Shown: positions 8,954-18,572, counted from the first letter of the stretch. The stretch is DNA of 41,571 nucleotides from Balneolaceae bacterium (GCA_033722415.1 JAWVZC010000001.1:1-41571), one strand, 5' to 3'. Notes: generated from the sequence alone by a model not told the origin. Translations and numbers: made by a program.

Positions 8954-10714
8954 TTAGTTTATTTGTACAATACTTCCTTTAATGGTGGTGCTTCCGCTGG
9001 AACTGACCTCCGCCGAGGCCGATCCCTCCGCCTTGAACCCTGCGTTGGCCTTGGCATTCACATTGGTAGCTTCCAGGTTGAGATCGCCGGTCGCCTTGAT
9101 TGTGATGTCGGCGGCACTTTCCAGCGTGATACCGTCGCTGTTCATCAGCGTGCTGTTGCCGTTTTCGTCTTCCAGCAGGATCTCTCCCTCATCATCGTTG
9201 ATCGAAACTTTTTTCCCCGAGGGCATCTCAATGGTGATCGACGGATGATCATCATTGATCAGCATCCTGATCTCTCCCCGGGTCACCCAGCCCTTCTCAT
9301 GATTGTCATCGCTGGCCGAAATCGGAGCGGGATTGGCCGCGCTGTTCAACGAACCCAGGATAATCGGCTGGTTGGGATCCCCGTGTATAAACCCGACCAC
9401 CACTTCATCGTCGATTTCGGGTCGGATGATCACCCCGCGGTTCTCACCGGCCCCGGCCGTGGCCAGTCGGGCCCATACCCCCTGCTCCTGCGTGTCGATC
9501 ATTGGCAGGCGGACCAGGATCCGTTCATCACCGTCCGGGTCCTCCTCGATCTGCGTCACCAGCCCGATCTGCAGCCCGCTGACCGAGGGCAGCATACCGG
9601 CCGCCGGGTCTTCGGAAATCGCATACTCCTCGCTAAACCATTTCGGGGAGAGGCCAAATTGCAGGTCCATGAGCCACTCCCCCTTGTAAAACTCATGCTT
9701 GATACCGCTTACAAACGTATTCCCGTTAAACCGGTCGCCCACGCCCTGCAGTTCTATAATTGAACCCGGTTTCAGTTCGGGAACCCCGCGCAGGCGGGCC
9801 CGCCCCCGGACCTTGGCCAATTCATGCCGCATCAGCTTGGAATCGGCCCACTTCTGGAGTATTTCACTCGGTATCTTGGCTCCCGACCGCAACGCCCACT
9901 CGCTGTTCTCAAGAGCTCCGGATATATCGCCGGATGTCAGGTTCCCGGGGGTGACCGGTGAAGCCGAAGCAGCATCGGTCTCACTCGGTTCTTTCTTCGA
10001 ATAGTCCCACGAAACGCTTTTGACCCCGCCGAGCTGGCTGGTTCCGTCTATTTCAGCATCGATCTCCAACAGGTTGTTGCCATATGAAACAGTAGCGGCC
10101 GGGTCCTGGGTAAAATCCGGTTCCTTGATGGCGATGGTACCCCCGTCCGCCAGGCAAAACATGCCGTTTACCTCCGCCCGGCTTATCAAGAAGTCCCAGT
10201 CGGTCGACTGGAACTGGAGCAGTTCCTTTTGGACATACCCTGTCGGGTCCGTATCGGGGGTCAGCCCGCTGTAACTGCCGATGATGGTCTCGAACACCTC
10301 GTTCTCCGCGGAATCATAGAAATAGCGGCTTTTGGGGATCGTGGTAAGCTTTACGGCAGGATCGGCGCACTCCACCATCAGGATGCTGTTGCCGTTGGCC
10401 CTCACTTTGATCGACTGCCCGGTAACAATGCCCGTGAATATGGTACTCTCCTCCGAGCGGTACCCGATCTGTATTTCAATCTCATTGCCCGGCAGAAACC
10501 AGTCTTCGCTGCTTACCTCGAACGTTTCGTCGGCGGCACTGCCGTCGAGGATCGAAAGCTTTGCTCTGGGTATCCGGTTCAGTTCATGCCAAATATCCAT
10601 GGAATAGAGCTCCACCGTGTTGGGAATCTCCTCCCCGTCAATCAGGATGGCCCAGGTGACCACCCCGCCGGCGTGTTGTCCATTTTTTATGACTTCGGTC
10701 GGAATTACAGGCAT
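8954..10714 (-). CDS. vgrG: VgrG/Afp8-like central spike
   Basis: NRIPRA, QFQSTDWDFLISRAE, OB-fold WARLA...RPEIDDEVVVGFIHGDP..PIILGSL, and a C-terminal beta-helix ending IKGSIVQIN. Confidence 0.93.
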   Translation of the reverse strand: MPVIPTEVIKNGQHAGGVVTWAILIDGEEIPNTVELYSMDIWHELNRIPRAKLSILDGSAADETFEVSSEDWFLPGNEIEIQIGYRSEESTIFTGIVTGQSIKVRANGNSILMVECADPAVKLTTIPKSRYFYDSAENEVFETIIGSYSGLTPDTDPTGYVQKELLQFQSTDWDFLISRAEVNGMFCLADGGTIAIKEPDFTQDPAATVSYGNNLLEIDAEIDGTSQLGGVKSVSWDYSKKEPSETDAASASPVTPGNLTSGDISGALENSEWALRSGAKIPSEILQKWADSKLMRHELAKVRGRARLRGVPELKPGSIIELQGVGDRFNGNTFVSGIKHEFYKGEWLMDLQFGLSPKWFSEEYAISEDPAAGMLPSVSGLQIGLVTQIEEDPDGDERILVRLPMIDTQEQGVWARLATAGAGENRGVIIRPEIDDEVVVGFIHGDPNQPIILGSLNSAANPAPISASDDNHEKGWVTRGEIRMLINDDHPSITIEMPSGKKVSINDDEGEILLEDENGNSTLMNSDGITLESAADITIKATGDLNLEATNVNAKANAGFKAEGSASAEVSSSGSTTIKGSIVQIN

Positions 10715-10725
10715 ACACTAAAGAG

Positions 10726-11412
10726 TCATTTGGTTGTTTTTTCCAGCGGCGGAAATACCAGCTCGGTTCCCGGTTCCAGGTTCCTGAAGTTGGTCAGCCC
10801 GTTGATACGGGCGATCTCCATATAGTATTTGGAATCACCGTAAATGCGGTGCGTCATCAGCGGCAGGGTATCCCCCTCTTTTACCGTTCGTACGTGGGTC
10901 AGATCGGGGGAACTTTTATTCTCCTCGGCCACCCGCTTCTTGTCTTCAGTATACTTTTTAAATGTGGTTTTCAGCACGGCCCGCAACGGCAGCCCCTGCT
11001 GGCTGAACATCTTGTGCTCTATCTGCAGGCTCTGGAGCTGGCAGTCAAAAAGCAGCGTGCCCCAGATCAGCTTGAGGTAGCGCGGCCGGTGGATTTCCCC
11101 TTCCTGGTCAAGCGCCAGTTTTTTAAAATGGATGATATCCGGTGTGACCCCGACCGGGCCTGTCGAAAGATTGCCCAGTGCACCGGTGCGGTCGAGGAGG
11201 AAATCAAATTTCAGGGTGTCGGGCGAGGTGTTGTTGTAGGTAGCGGCGGCTCCCTGGGTGCCCGGCGGACTCATATCGGAGTAGTTAATCGATACGGTTT
11301 GCGTATAGTTCTCCGGGTTGATGTGTGCTTTGAACGGTGGTATCGGGGCCGGTTCGGTAAACTCCGGGTTATTGAACCCGACGATTAGCATTTTCAGTGT
11401 TTCATCCACCAT
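10726..11412 (-). CDS. CIS tube initiator with C-terminal LysM domain (Afp7-like)
   Basis: INPENY, HRPRYLKLIWG, GLPLRA and LysM SSPDLTHVRTVKEGDTLPLMTHRIYGDSKYYMEIARINGL. Confidence 0.93.
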   Translation of the reverse strand: MVDETLKMLIVGFNNPEFTEPAPIPPFKAHINPENYTQTVSINYSDMSPPGTQGAAATYNNTSPDTLKFDFLLDRTGALGNLSTGPVGVTPDIIHFKKLALDQEGEIHRPRYLKLIWGTLLFDCQLQSLQIEHKMFSQQGLPLRAVLKTTFKKYTEDKKRVAEENKSSPDLTHVRTVKEGDTLPLMTHRIYGDSKYYMEIARINGLTNFRNLEPGTELVFPPLEKTTK

Positions 11413-11418
11413 GACTCG

Positions 11419-11586
11419 TTACCTCTTTTTCTTATGTTCCAGCACTTCGAGCACCTTTTCGACACAGGCGTCGATTATTACGTCCCGATTATCCGAACCG
11501 TTCTGCGGTTGCAGTGCGGGTTCCCGTTCCCGCTTCGGCTCTTCAACAGTAACTTTCACCCGCATCTCCTTGATAACAACAGGCAT
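11419..11586 (-). CDS. Small eCIS spike plug protein (Afp6/Pvc6-like, DUF5908)
   Basis: Translated by hand, below the ORF-track cutoff: MPVVIKEMRVKVTVEEPKREREPALQPQNGSDNRDVIIDACVEKVLEVLEHKKKR (55 aa). It fills the gap between the tube and LysM genes and has the MP..I.E and CVE.VL signature. Confidence 0.85.
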   Translation of the reverse strand: MPVVIKEMRVKVTVEEPKREREPALQPQNGSDNRDVIIDACVEKVLEVLEHKKKR

Positions 11587-11596
11587 GAGTACTCCG

Positions 11597-12040
11597 TTAG
11601 GTATTAATTGAGAATGAGCGATAATGCAGCTCCAGGGTTTCGATGGCGATGGCGTTCTGCTCGGCGTCGAAGTCGGAAATACTCCACTTTTTCGGCCAGG
11701 CGTGTACCACGTTCCAGCTGATCAGCGGTTCCGAGTTCTCATTCAGCAGGATAATGTCGATCGTAGCCGGCTGCACCTGCATGCTTTCAAACGTGTCGGT
11801 AAACCAGCTGATCAGCTCCGAATCACTGACCAATCCCCGTTTAAGAGTGAGATCGGTATAGTTGGCCCGGATCGGCACCACATGCTCGAACCGGTTCTCC
11901 CCGCCCTCCTTGAACGTCTCGGTCTTGACCTCGGCACCCAGCCCCGATACCGACTGAAACTGCGTGTCGATGGCACTGTCTCCGATGCCATTGAAGGATA
12001 CGAGGTAATGAAAACTGACCGGGGGATAACTGGTTGCCAT
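11597..12040 (-). CDS. Phage tail tube protein, T4 gp19 family (Afp5-like)
   Basis: YPPVSFHY, FQSVSGL, EGGENRFEH, LTLKRG, AWPKKW and IAIETLEL motifs. Confidence 0.95.
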   Translation of the reverse strand: MATSYPPVSFHYLVSFNGIGDSAIDTQFQSVSGLGAEVKTETFKEGGENRFEHVVPIRANYTDLTLKRGLVSDSELISWFTDTFESMQVQPATIDIILLNENSEPLISWNVVHAWPKKWSISDFDAEQNAIAIETLELHYRSFSINT

Positions 12041-12471
12041 CAGCGATACTCGATGGTTAAGCCTTCATGTGCCAGTTCCATCGATTCGATCGCCACCTCG
12101 TTGCCGTCGGCTTTGAGATCGGTGGATTCCACTTTTACCGGCCACGCGTTTTTCACCTTCCACACGACGAGCGGCTCGTGGCTCTCGTTGAGCAGGGATA
12201 TGGTGATGTCACGACGCTCAATGGTATTGAGGCTGACCGTATTCCACCATTCGTAATACTCGTTGTCGCTCTGGAACGAACCCCGTTTCAGGGTGATATT
12301 GCCGTACTTCTGCATGCCCGGCATCTTAATCTTGCTGAATTCCGGGCTGGCGCCGTGACGATACTCGATCGGCTCTGTCTCGACATTCAGGCCCGAGACC
12401 TCGGTAAACCCGATTTTGGTGCCGCCCCATTCTACCTGGAAGTGAAACTTTACTAATGGATAATCATTCAT
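12040..12471 (-). CDS. Phage tail tube protein, T4 gp19 family (Afp1-like, major tube)
   Basis: YPLVKFHFQVEW, FTEVSGL, EYRHG, KMPG, ITLKRG, AWPVK and VAIESMELAHEG motifs. Confidence 0.96.
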   Translation of the reverse strand: MNDYPLVKFHFQVEWGGTKIGFTEVSGLNVETEPIEYRHGASPEFSKIKMPGMQKYGNITLKRGSFQSDNEYYEWWNTVSLNTIERRDITISLLNESHEPLVVWKVKNAWPVKVESTDLKADGNEVAIESMELAHEGLTIEYR

Positions 12472-12499
12472 GATGCTTGGATTTTTACATTATTGGAGA

Positions 12500-14251
12500 T
12501 TAGGATTCGAGCATTTTGTGGGAAAAACGAAGGATGATGAATTCGGCCGGACGCACTACCGCCATGCCGATCTCTACAATCATGCGGCCTTCCAGTACAT
12601 CCTGCTGAGTCATGGTTTCGCCAAGGCCCACCTTCACATAAAAGGCCTGCTCCGGCTTCGATCCCATCAGGGCACCGGCCCGCCACTGGAGTACCAGGAA
12701 GTTTTCGATCATCGCCTTCACTTTTACCCAGGTGTTGGCGTCGTTGGGTTCAAAGACAAACGGTTCGGTGGCTTTCTTGACCGACTCCTCCACCATGTTG
12801 AAAAATCGTCGTACCGACAGGTAGCGCCACTCGTTGCTGTTGCCGTCGAGCGTGCGGGCACCCCATACCAGGGTTCCCTTGCCGGTGAACGACCGGATCA
12901 CATTGATCGACTTGCCGGTGGTGTGCACGTTGAAATCGTCGTTCTCCTCCATCGTAAGCTTTTCGGTGGGCCCGGATACCTGGTTAATACTGACGTTGGC
13001 GGGTGATTTCCAGACCCCACGGTCCTCATCCACTTTTGCATAGATACCGGCCATGGTGGAGGAGGGCGGCATCGTAATGCGCAGTTCCCCGAGCAGGCGA
13101 TTCAATTCTATGGTAAACTCGTTGGTAAAGTAGTCCGCGATATTGCTGTTTCGGGCGCTTCCAATCTGGGTTTCCGTGTTCACCTGGGCCAGAATGTCGG
13201 TCATCGCCGTTTCGAGATCTTCGACCACGGTCCCCAGGTCATCGAGTGCCTGGTCCAGGTCGCCATTGCTTGTGGAATTGTTGTAGGTGCCCGATTTGAC
13301 GGATTCGTAGTCTGCCGTCGCATCGTCATATTCTGTTGATGTGAAGGTATCATCCACCACCAGGTCCAGGGCATTGGTTACCAGTGTGACCGCTTTATCA
13401 GCACTGCTCAGCGCGATGGTGATCTGTCGCAATTTTTCATCCTTGACGCCCGCCTTGCCGGCAGTCTCCGCATCTTCCACCGCCTGCTTTGCGTCTGAAA
13501 ACTGCTCCTGTAGGTCCAACACGGTGGACAGGGTTTTCACATTATCAAGTGCTAACCCTTCAAAAGCGTCTGTTGGACTGTGGGTGAAGGTAATACCGCT
13601 GTCCTCGTACGTGTACGGAATCGACGTGTTCAGGTGCGGGTAGTACGCGGCCCCGTAACTCAGGTTGGAAGTTCCGATGCCGGTTCGAAAACCGCTGCCG
13701 TCGGTATCTTCACTGCGCACATCAAAGATGCCGAACCGATCCTTGAGGTCGGCACACTGCATCAGCACATCCTTGTAGAGATCGTACTGCTCGTTGGAAA
13801 GCAGCCGGATCGCCTCCGGGATCACGATCAGGGTCACCTCGTCGACCTTTCGGATCTTGTCGAGGCCGCCTTTCAGTTCGTTGTAATCGCCCAGGTCGTC
13901 AAGGCTGGGCATGGTATCGTAGTTCCCGACGGAAACGATGTAACAGGGACCGCCGCCGTTCCCGAAAAACATGCGCAGGGCATGATGCATCAGGTAGGGA
14001 GACTCGCCACCGCTGGGACTGACCGACTGCGGCAGGTATGGCTCGGTATCCGACAGCGTCACCTCAAACGCCTGGGGATGTGCCTCCCCGAAATGCTCCT
14101 CGTATTCCAGCAGCGAGGTGATTTTTGTCGGTTCTTTCGGGCCTTTTTCGGTATACCCGATAAAGGCGGGAATCGCCGTTTCTACCTGGGCCACGGATGG
14201 TGGGAAAATCGAGATCTCCTCGACATAAACCCCCGGTGTTTTATAACTCAT
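12500..14251 (-). CDS. Contractile tail sheath protein 2 with a helical insertion
   Basis: YKTPGVYVEE, GVWKSPANV, LVWGARTL, WRYLSVRR and RPAEFIILRF motifs. Confidence 0.96.
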   Translation of the reverse strand: MSYKTPGVYVEEISIFPPSVAQVETAIPAFIGYTEKGPKEPTKITSLLEYEEHFGEAHPQAFEVTLSDTEPYLPQSVSPSGGESPYLMHHALRMFFGNGGGPCYIVSVGNYDTMPSLDDLGDYNELKGGLDKIRKVDEVTLIVIPEAIRLLSNEQYDLYKDVLMQCADLKDRFGIFDVRSEDTDGSGFRTGIGTSNLSYGAAYYPHLNTSIPYTYEDSGITFTHSPTDAFEGLALDNVKTLSTVLDLQEQFSDAKQAVEDAETAGKAGVKDEKLRQITIALSSADKAVTLVTNALDLVVDDTFTSTEYDDATADYESVKSGTYNNSTSNGDLDQALDDLGTVVEDLETAMTDILAQVNTETQIGSARNSNIADYFTNEFTIELNRLLGELRITMPPSSTMAGIYAKVDEDRGVWKSPANVSINQVSGPTEKLTMEENDDFNVHTTGKSINVIRSFTGKGTLVWGARTLDGNSNEWRYLSVRRFFNMVEESVKKATEPFVFEPNDANTWVKVKAMIENFLVLQWRAGALMGSKPEQAFYVKVGLGETMTQQDVLEGRMIVEIGMAVVRPAEFIILRFSHKMLES

Positions 14252-14276
14252 AGCAACTCTCGTTTAATAATTCAGG

Positions 14277-15683
14277 TTATGATTCGATCATTTTATGGGA
14301 AAAACGGAGAATGATAAATTCAGCCGGGCGGACTACAGCCATTCCGATCTCCACGATCATGCGTCCCTCCAGCACATCCTGCTGGGTCATGGTTTCACCG
14401 AGGCCCACTTTCACGTAGAAGGCCTGTTCCGGCTTCGATCCCATAAGGGCACCCGCTCTCCACTGTATTGTCAGGAAGTTTTCGATCATCGCCTTCACCT
14501 TCACCCAGGTATTGGCGTCGTTCGGTTCAAAGACAAACTGCCCTGAGGCTTTCTTCGTGGACTCCTCCACCATATTGAAGAAGCGTCGAACCGACACGTA
14601 CCGCCACTCGTTGCTGTTGCCGTCCAGTGTTCGAGCTCCCCAGATGAGGGTTCCCTTGCCGCTGAACTTTCGGATGGCGTTGATCGATTTTCCGGTATCG
14701 CTGACGTTGAGTCCGTCCTGCTCACTCCGTTCCATCGAAACCGTCGGTCTGGTCACCCGGTTGAGCGACACATTAGCCGGAGATTTCCAAACACCACGGT
14801 TGTTGTCGACCATGGCGTAGGCACCGGCTACAGCCGCACTCGGGGGCAGCACCAGCCTGACATCCTCGATCATCTTGCGAATGTCGTAGTATTTCTGGCG
14901 ATCCGCGCCGTTATTGGCGTGAAACAGTGACTCATTCTCTTTCGACGGGTCATCGTTTATCGTTTCGTCGGTATGGCGCAGCACCATCGGCGTTCCGTCA
15001 TTATTAACTGAAATTTCCTCCTCGTTGTACTGGTGAACAAGGCTGGTATTCAGGTTCGGGTAGTACGCCGCCCCATACATCAGATTGTTGGTGCCGATGT
15101 TGTTACGAAAAGTTTCGGCAGCGTCCCCGACCGGATCGATACTTGAAGGGGAAGCCGGCTTAACGTCGCAAATGGTAAAACGGTCGCCCAGCTCGGCGCA
15201 CTGGCTCATGGCGTCCACGTATAACCCGTGGTAATCGGTGTCATTCCCAATCTCCGCCGCATCGGGGAAGAGGATCAGCGTTGGCTCATCCTCTTTTTTG
15301 AGCGGTGCCAGGGCATCGGTGAAATCCGAGGGTGTAATGGAGGGACTGCTCTGGTACTCCCCGGCCGATATGATGTAACACGGACCGCCCCCATTCGAGA
15401 AGTAGAGGTCCAGCATGTAGTACATTTTGTAGACCGGTGTGGCCGGGATACCGGAACCGGCCGTAACGTTGCCGGAACTGTCGATCGAAAAATCGGGCAG
15501 TTCTTTGGAGGGGCCCCCGAAGATCGAAATATACTCCACCAGTGAATCGATCTTGGTCGGTTCGTCGGGGCCTTTTTCGGTGTAACCGATAAAGGCGGGA
15601 ATGGCTGTTTCCACCGGTACCACCGATGGTGGAAACAGGGATATCTCTTCAATATAAACGCCGGGTGTTTTGTAGGTTGCCAT
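14277..15683 (-). CDS. Contractile tail sheath protein 1
   Basis: YKTPGVYIEE, YFSNGGGPCYI, GVWKSPANV, IWGARTL and RPAEFIILRF motifs. Confidence 0.96.
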   Translation of the reverse strand: MATYKTPGVYIEEISLFPPSVVPVETAIPAFIGYTEKGPDEPTKIDSLVEYISIFGGPSKELPDFSIDSSGNVTAGSGIPATPVYKMYYMLDLYFSNGGGPCYIISAGEYQSSPSITPSDFTDALAPLKKEDEPTLILFPDAAEIGNDTDYHGLYVDAMSQCAELGDRFTICDVKPASPSSIDPVGDAAETFRNNIGTNNLMYGAAYYPNLNTSLVHQYNEEEISVNNDGTPMVLRHTDETINDDPSKENESLFHANNGADRQKYYDIRKMIEDVRLVLPPSAAVAGAYAMVDNNRGVWKSPANVSLNRVTRPTVSMERSEQDGLNVSDTGKSINAIRKFSGKGTLIWGARTLDGNSNEWRYVSVRRFFNMVEESTKKASGQFVFEPNDANTWVKVKAMIENFLTIQWRAGALMGSKPEQAFYVKVGLGETMTQQDVLEGRMIVEIGMAVVRPAEFIILRFSHKMIES

Positions 15684-15691
15684 GACGAGTA

Positions 15692-16480
15692 CTATTTAGG
15701 CTTGAAAGTTATGGTGTATTGCTGCCCGGTGTCGGGATCAGCAACGGTATTCTGGGCGGTTTCCCAGTAGATATCGATTACGCCCCGGGCAGATTTTTTG
15801 CCGAGTTCGTCGTTCAGGTAGACATTACGATCCGGGGGCGGATCGGTATCCGCCTGCAGCAGGTAGGGGCCGGGCTGACCGATATAATCCTCCTCCATGT
15901 CCACCGAGTTGATGGTAGTAGTGATGAAATCTCCCCCCGAATCTTTGTTGACGGTAACACTCTGGGTAATTGCGGGATCCAGCTTGTTTGTCAATTGATA
16001 GGTATTCGGGACGGTTCCCACTGCGGAGTCGTAGACCTTGAAGGTTTGCCGGTAAAGCCGATAGGTATCGCTGCTGTCGACCGTAGCGGAAACGGCGGGA
16101 CCGTCATCGGCCAGTGAAGCCGGGCTGGCGGTGATAACTGCTCCCCCGGAATCAAGGTTATCGAAATAGAGGCCCGCCTGGTACACGGTGGGATCGGCCG
16201 GACCCGTCTTTTCCAGGCCGTACCTGCTGAAGAAGCCGGAATCGGGCAGGTGGAATCCAAATGAAAACCGAACCCGCTCGCTAATGGGAATCATCGGGGT
16301 TTCCGAATAATAGACACTAAAACCGGAGGTGATCGCCCGAAATACCAAATTGTAGTTGTCCAGCAATATTTGACAATCTTCTGTCGGGAAAAAGCGGAAG
16401 CCCCCGATCGGTTCTCCGGCACCATTCTCCTTCTCCATCTGGACGCTGAAAAACCGGCTGTATTTGATGATAAATCCCAT
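15692..16480 (-). CDS. eCIS protein, putative cap adaptor (Alg16B-like)
   Basis: 262-aa ORF between the DUF4255 cap and the sheath, with FPTEDCQILL near the N-terminus and GVIDI..YTITF at the C-terminus. The role is inferred from position. Confidence 0.6.
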   Translation of the reverse strand: MGFIIKYSRFFSVQMEKENGAGEPIGGFRFFPTEDCQILLDNYNLVFRAITSGFSVYYSETPMIPISERVRFSFGFHLPDSGFFSRYGLEKTGPADPTVYQAGLYFDNLDSGGAVITASPASLADDGPAVSATVDSSDTYRLYRQTFKVYDSAVGTVPNTYQLTNKLDPAITQSVTVNKDSGGDFITTTINSVDMEEDYIGQPGPYLLQADTDPPPDRNVYLNDELGKKSARGVIDIYWETAQNTVADPDTGQQYTITFKPK

Positions 16481-16507
16481 ACGGTGTGTTCGGTAGTCAG
16501 TTAACAG

Positions 16508-17059
16508 TTACAGTATCCCGGAATCGAGCTGAATCGTATCGATTTCCGGTCCTTCGACCTCTTCGTCCGGCTGAATCTTGACCAGGCGGATCTTGTACAG
16601 CAGCGAAGGATAGTGGGTGCCCCCGGAGATACTCCAGATATGGTTAAGCTGTTCGAAATTCATCTCCTGCAGGTCCAGAATCAGCTTGTGCAATCCGGCG
16701 GGAAACGGGTTGGCTGCTCGTTCGTTTTCGGCGGTAAACCACCGCTTACCCTGGAAAAAGTCCACGGTTTCGGCAAGGCGCTGCAGACTGGTACCATAAT
16801 CTTCGAACTCAAAGGCCATCAGGGTGTTAATGTTCAGGTAGACCGGCGGTTCCTTGTACATCAGCTGGTTGTTTTTCCGAACGTAGTGCGGGGTGTTCTT
16901 AAGGGTGCGCTCCTCCTCTGCATTCAGCAGTGAAATAACCAGGCCCTGTGCTTTCTTCTCCTGAATCTTGCTGATGTTGTCGATCAGCACGTCCGATATA
17001 CCGAGCCCCAACCCGAAAGCCAGCTCCTCCCTGACATAATCCAGCGCCTGTTTTATCAT
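16508..17059 (-). CDS. DUF4255 / Afp16 (Pvc16-N) cap terminator protein
   Basis: LVISLLNAEEE, PPVYLN, FFQ, LNHIWSISGGTHYPSLLYKIRLV; first gene of the eCIS operon. Confidence 0.9.
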   Translation of the reverse strand: MIKQALDYVREELAFGLGLGISDVLIDNISKIQEKKAQGLVISLLNAEEERTLKNTPHYVRKNNQLMYKEPPVYLNINTLMAFEFEDYGTSLQRLAETVDFFQGKRWFTAENERAANPFPAGLHKLILDLQEMNFEQLNHIWSISGGTHYPSLLYKIRLVKIQPDEEVEGPEIDTIQLDSGIL

Positions 17060-17437
17060 GACTTTTTGATACTGCGGCGGTCCCAGTTCGCTTCAACACT
17101 TTACAGAAAAGGCCTGAAGCGGTATCCTGAATCCCCTGATTGACAATGAAATACGACTTCCGGGCATATCGTTTTCCGGTTTGCCGACTGCTTAAATCTT
17201 TCCAGAAATTAGTTCTTTTTCACTACCGAACTTTACTACCAAATTTTTCCACTCTCTTTGCAGGGTCTGGTTCAATAATGCCACATAAACCGTTCCCCCC
17301 CCCTGCTGCCTCTTACCCCCCCGATCATTCATGGGGATTTCGCGTGGACAGAAAATGCAGGTATAGCGGCGCATCTGCTCAGCACTCACGGTACTTTCCG
17401 GTTCCGGCCATTCGGGTAACACGGGCAGCAGGAAGCT

Positions 17438-17833
17438 TCAGGAGGGCTCAGGGACGTTGTTAAACCTCACCGCGAGTTTCTCCATTTTGGATTCAACTTT
17501 TTCTTCCGTCATCTGTTTTATGGCGGTGGGACAGCAACCCAGATGGTAATTGGTGAACTTGTTTAATCCTTTTTCATCCGGGATACCGTGCGTAATGGCA
17601 ATTTCGAAATTGCTTTTGGAGCCTTTGCGAAGCTCGTGTACAATACTCTTGACACGGGTATATTCCAACACTCGCTGCGGTCTGACGGTATAATGGCGCA
17701 GAAACTTTCTTGAAAACTTTTTGGGACTGTTATATCCCATCAGGTGAGCCCATTCAATGACACGTGCAACCTCATTAAGATTGGCTTTCAGCATATCTAC
17801 GGCTCTGGTAATTTTTACGACTTCTCCATGCAT
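17438..17833 (-). CDS. Stand-alone AraC-like helix-turn-helix regulator
   Basis: Two HTH-like segments (VIEWAHLMGYNSPKKFSRKFLRHY; NFEIAITHGIPDEKGLNKFTNYHLGCCP) and an AGGAGG Shine-Dalgarno before the ATG. No sensor domain. Confidence 0.75.
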   Translation of the reverse strand: MHGEVVKITRAVDMLKANLNEVARVIEWAHLMGYNSPKKFSRKFLRHYTVRPQRVLEYTRVKSIVHELRKGSKSNFEIAITHGIPDEKGLNKFTNYHLGCCPTAIKQMTEEKVESKMEKLAVRFNNVPEPS

Positions 17834-18300
17834 AGTTCTCCTCCTAAATTTATGGCTTTTCTCGACTAATAGTACTTCTGGTATCCGGAGTGGGTCGAAG
17901 AGGGTCCCGAGCTTTTTACCCTGAACGGCAGGTGTATGGTCGCGTGGTCAGGATATCAATCCCGTATTCCTAAACAGATCGGAGCGTAACTCCCGGTTTT
18001 CCAGTATATCTGATTTCCATACCTGGCCCGCTCTCTTCTCCATCCCTGAATAAACATTCACTTTATTTTTAAGAGAGTGTCAGCCCCAAAATGTTACATA
18101 TTTTATTTTTAACCAATTGATTTCCAGCAACTTGGACAAGGAGCGAAAAAAGAGGGGAACACGTTGCATATGTTAGTGCCCATTCGGAGGTGTGCGACAT
18201 CACCATGGCAGCCAACCCGGATTGTTAATCCAGACCGAAAACAGCGACACTGGCAGACCGATACATCGGTGATTGGAACGATAATTTTGTATAATATTGT

Positions 18301-18331
18301 ATTGAATCTCTCATATTATTCCGTATATTTG
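18301..18331 (+). promoter_or_regulatory. Putative Bacteroidota-type sigma70 promoter for the tRNA pair
   Basis: TATATTTG (TAnnTTTG, -7 box) at 18324-18331, with ATTG 19 bp upstream as an imperfect -33 box; about 80 bp before tRNA-His. Confidence 0.55.
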
Positions 18332-18392
18332 GTGCCCTGAAAATCATGTCTCGCACGGAGATGTGATCAGAATGTTCCGAACACTCCCATTA

Positions 18393-18567
<175 letters not shown>

Positions 18568-18572
18568 TTATT

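Larger units (their letters stand above)
1..17059 (-). other. Extracellular contractile injection system (eCIS) gene cluster, partial
   Basis: Co-oriented, closely spaced cap, sheath, tube, plug, LysM, spike, PAAR, gp25 and baseplate genes. No capsid, terminase or T6SS membrane-complex genes. ATPase, tape measure and effectors are not in the window. Confidence 0.95.

Noticed and set aside
1-17059. Type VI secretion system or prophage
   Set aside because: No TssJLM/TssNOP, ClpV, capsid, portal or terminase genes; the DUF4255, gp19 tubes, LysM and Afp11/12 set indicates eCIS.
38-17099. Many plus-strand ORFs over the eCIS genes (e.g. 8672-9763, 8082-8927, 13580-14314)
   Set aside because: They are antisense shadows of well-supported minus-strand genes and have no recognisable motifs.
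17192-17422. 76-aa ORF between the AraC-like gene and the eCIS
   Set aside because: Weak start, crosses homopolymer tracts and has no motifs; more likely regulatory DNA.
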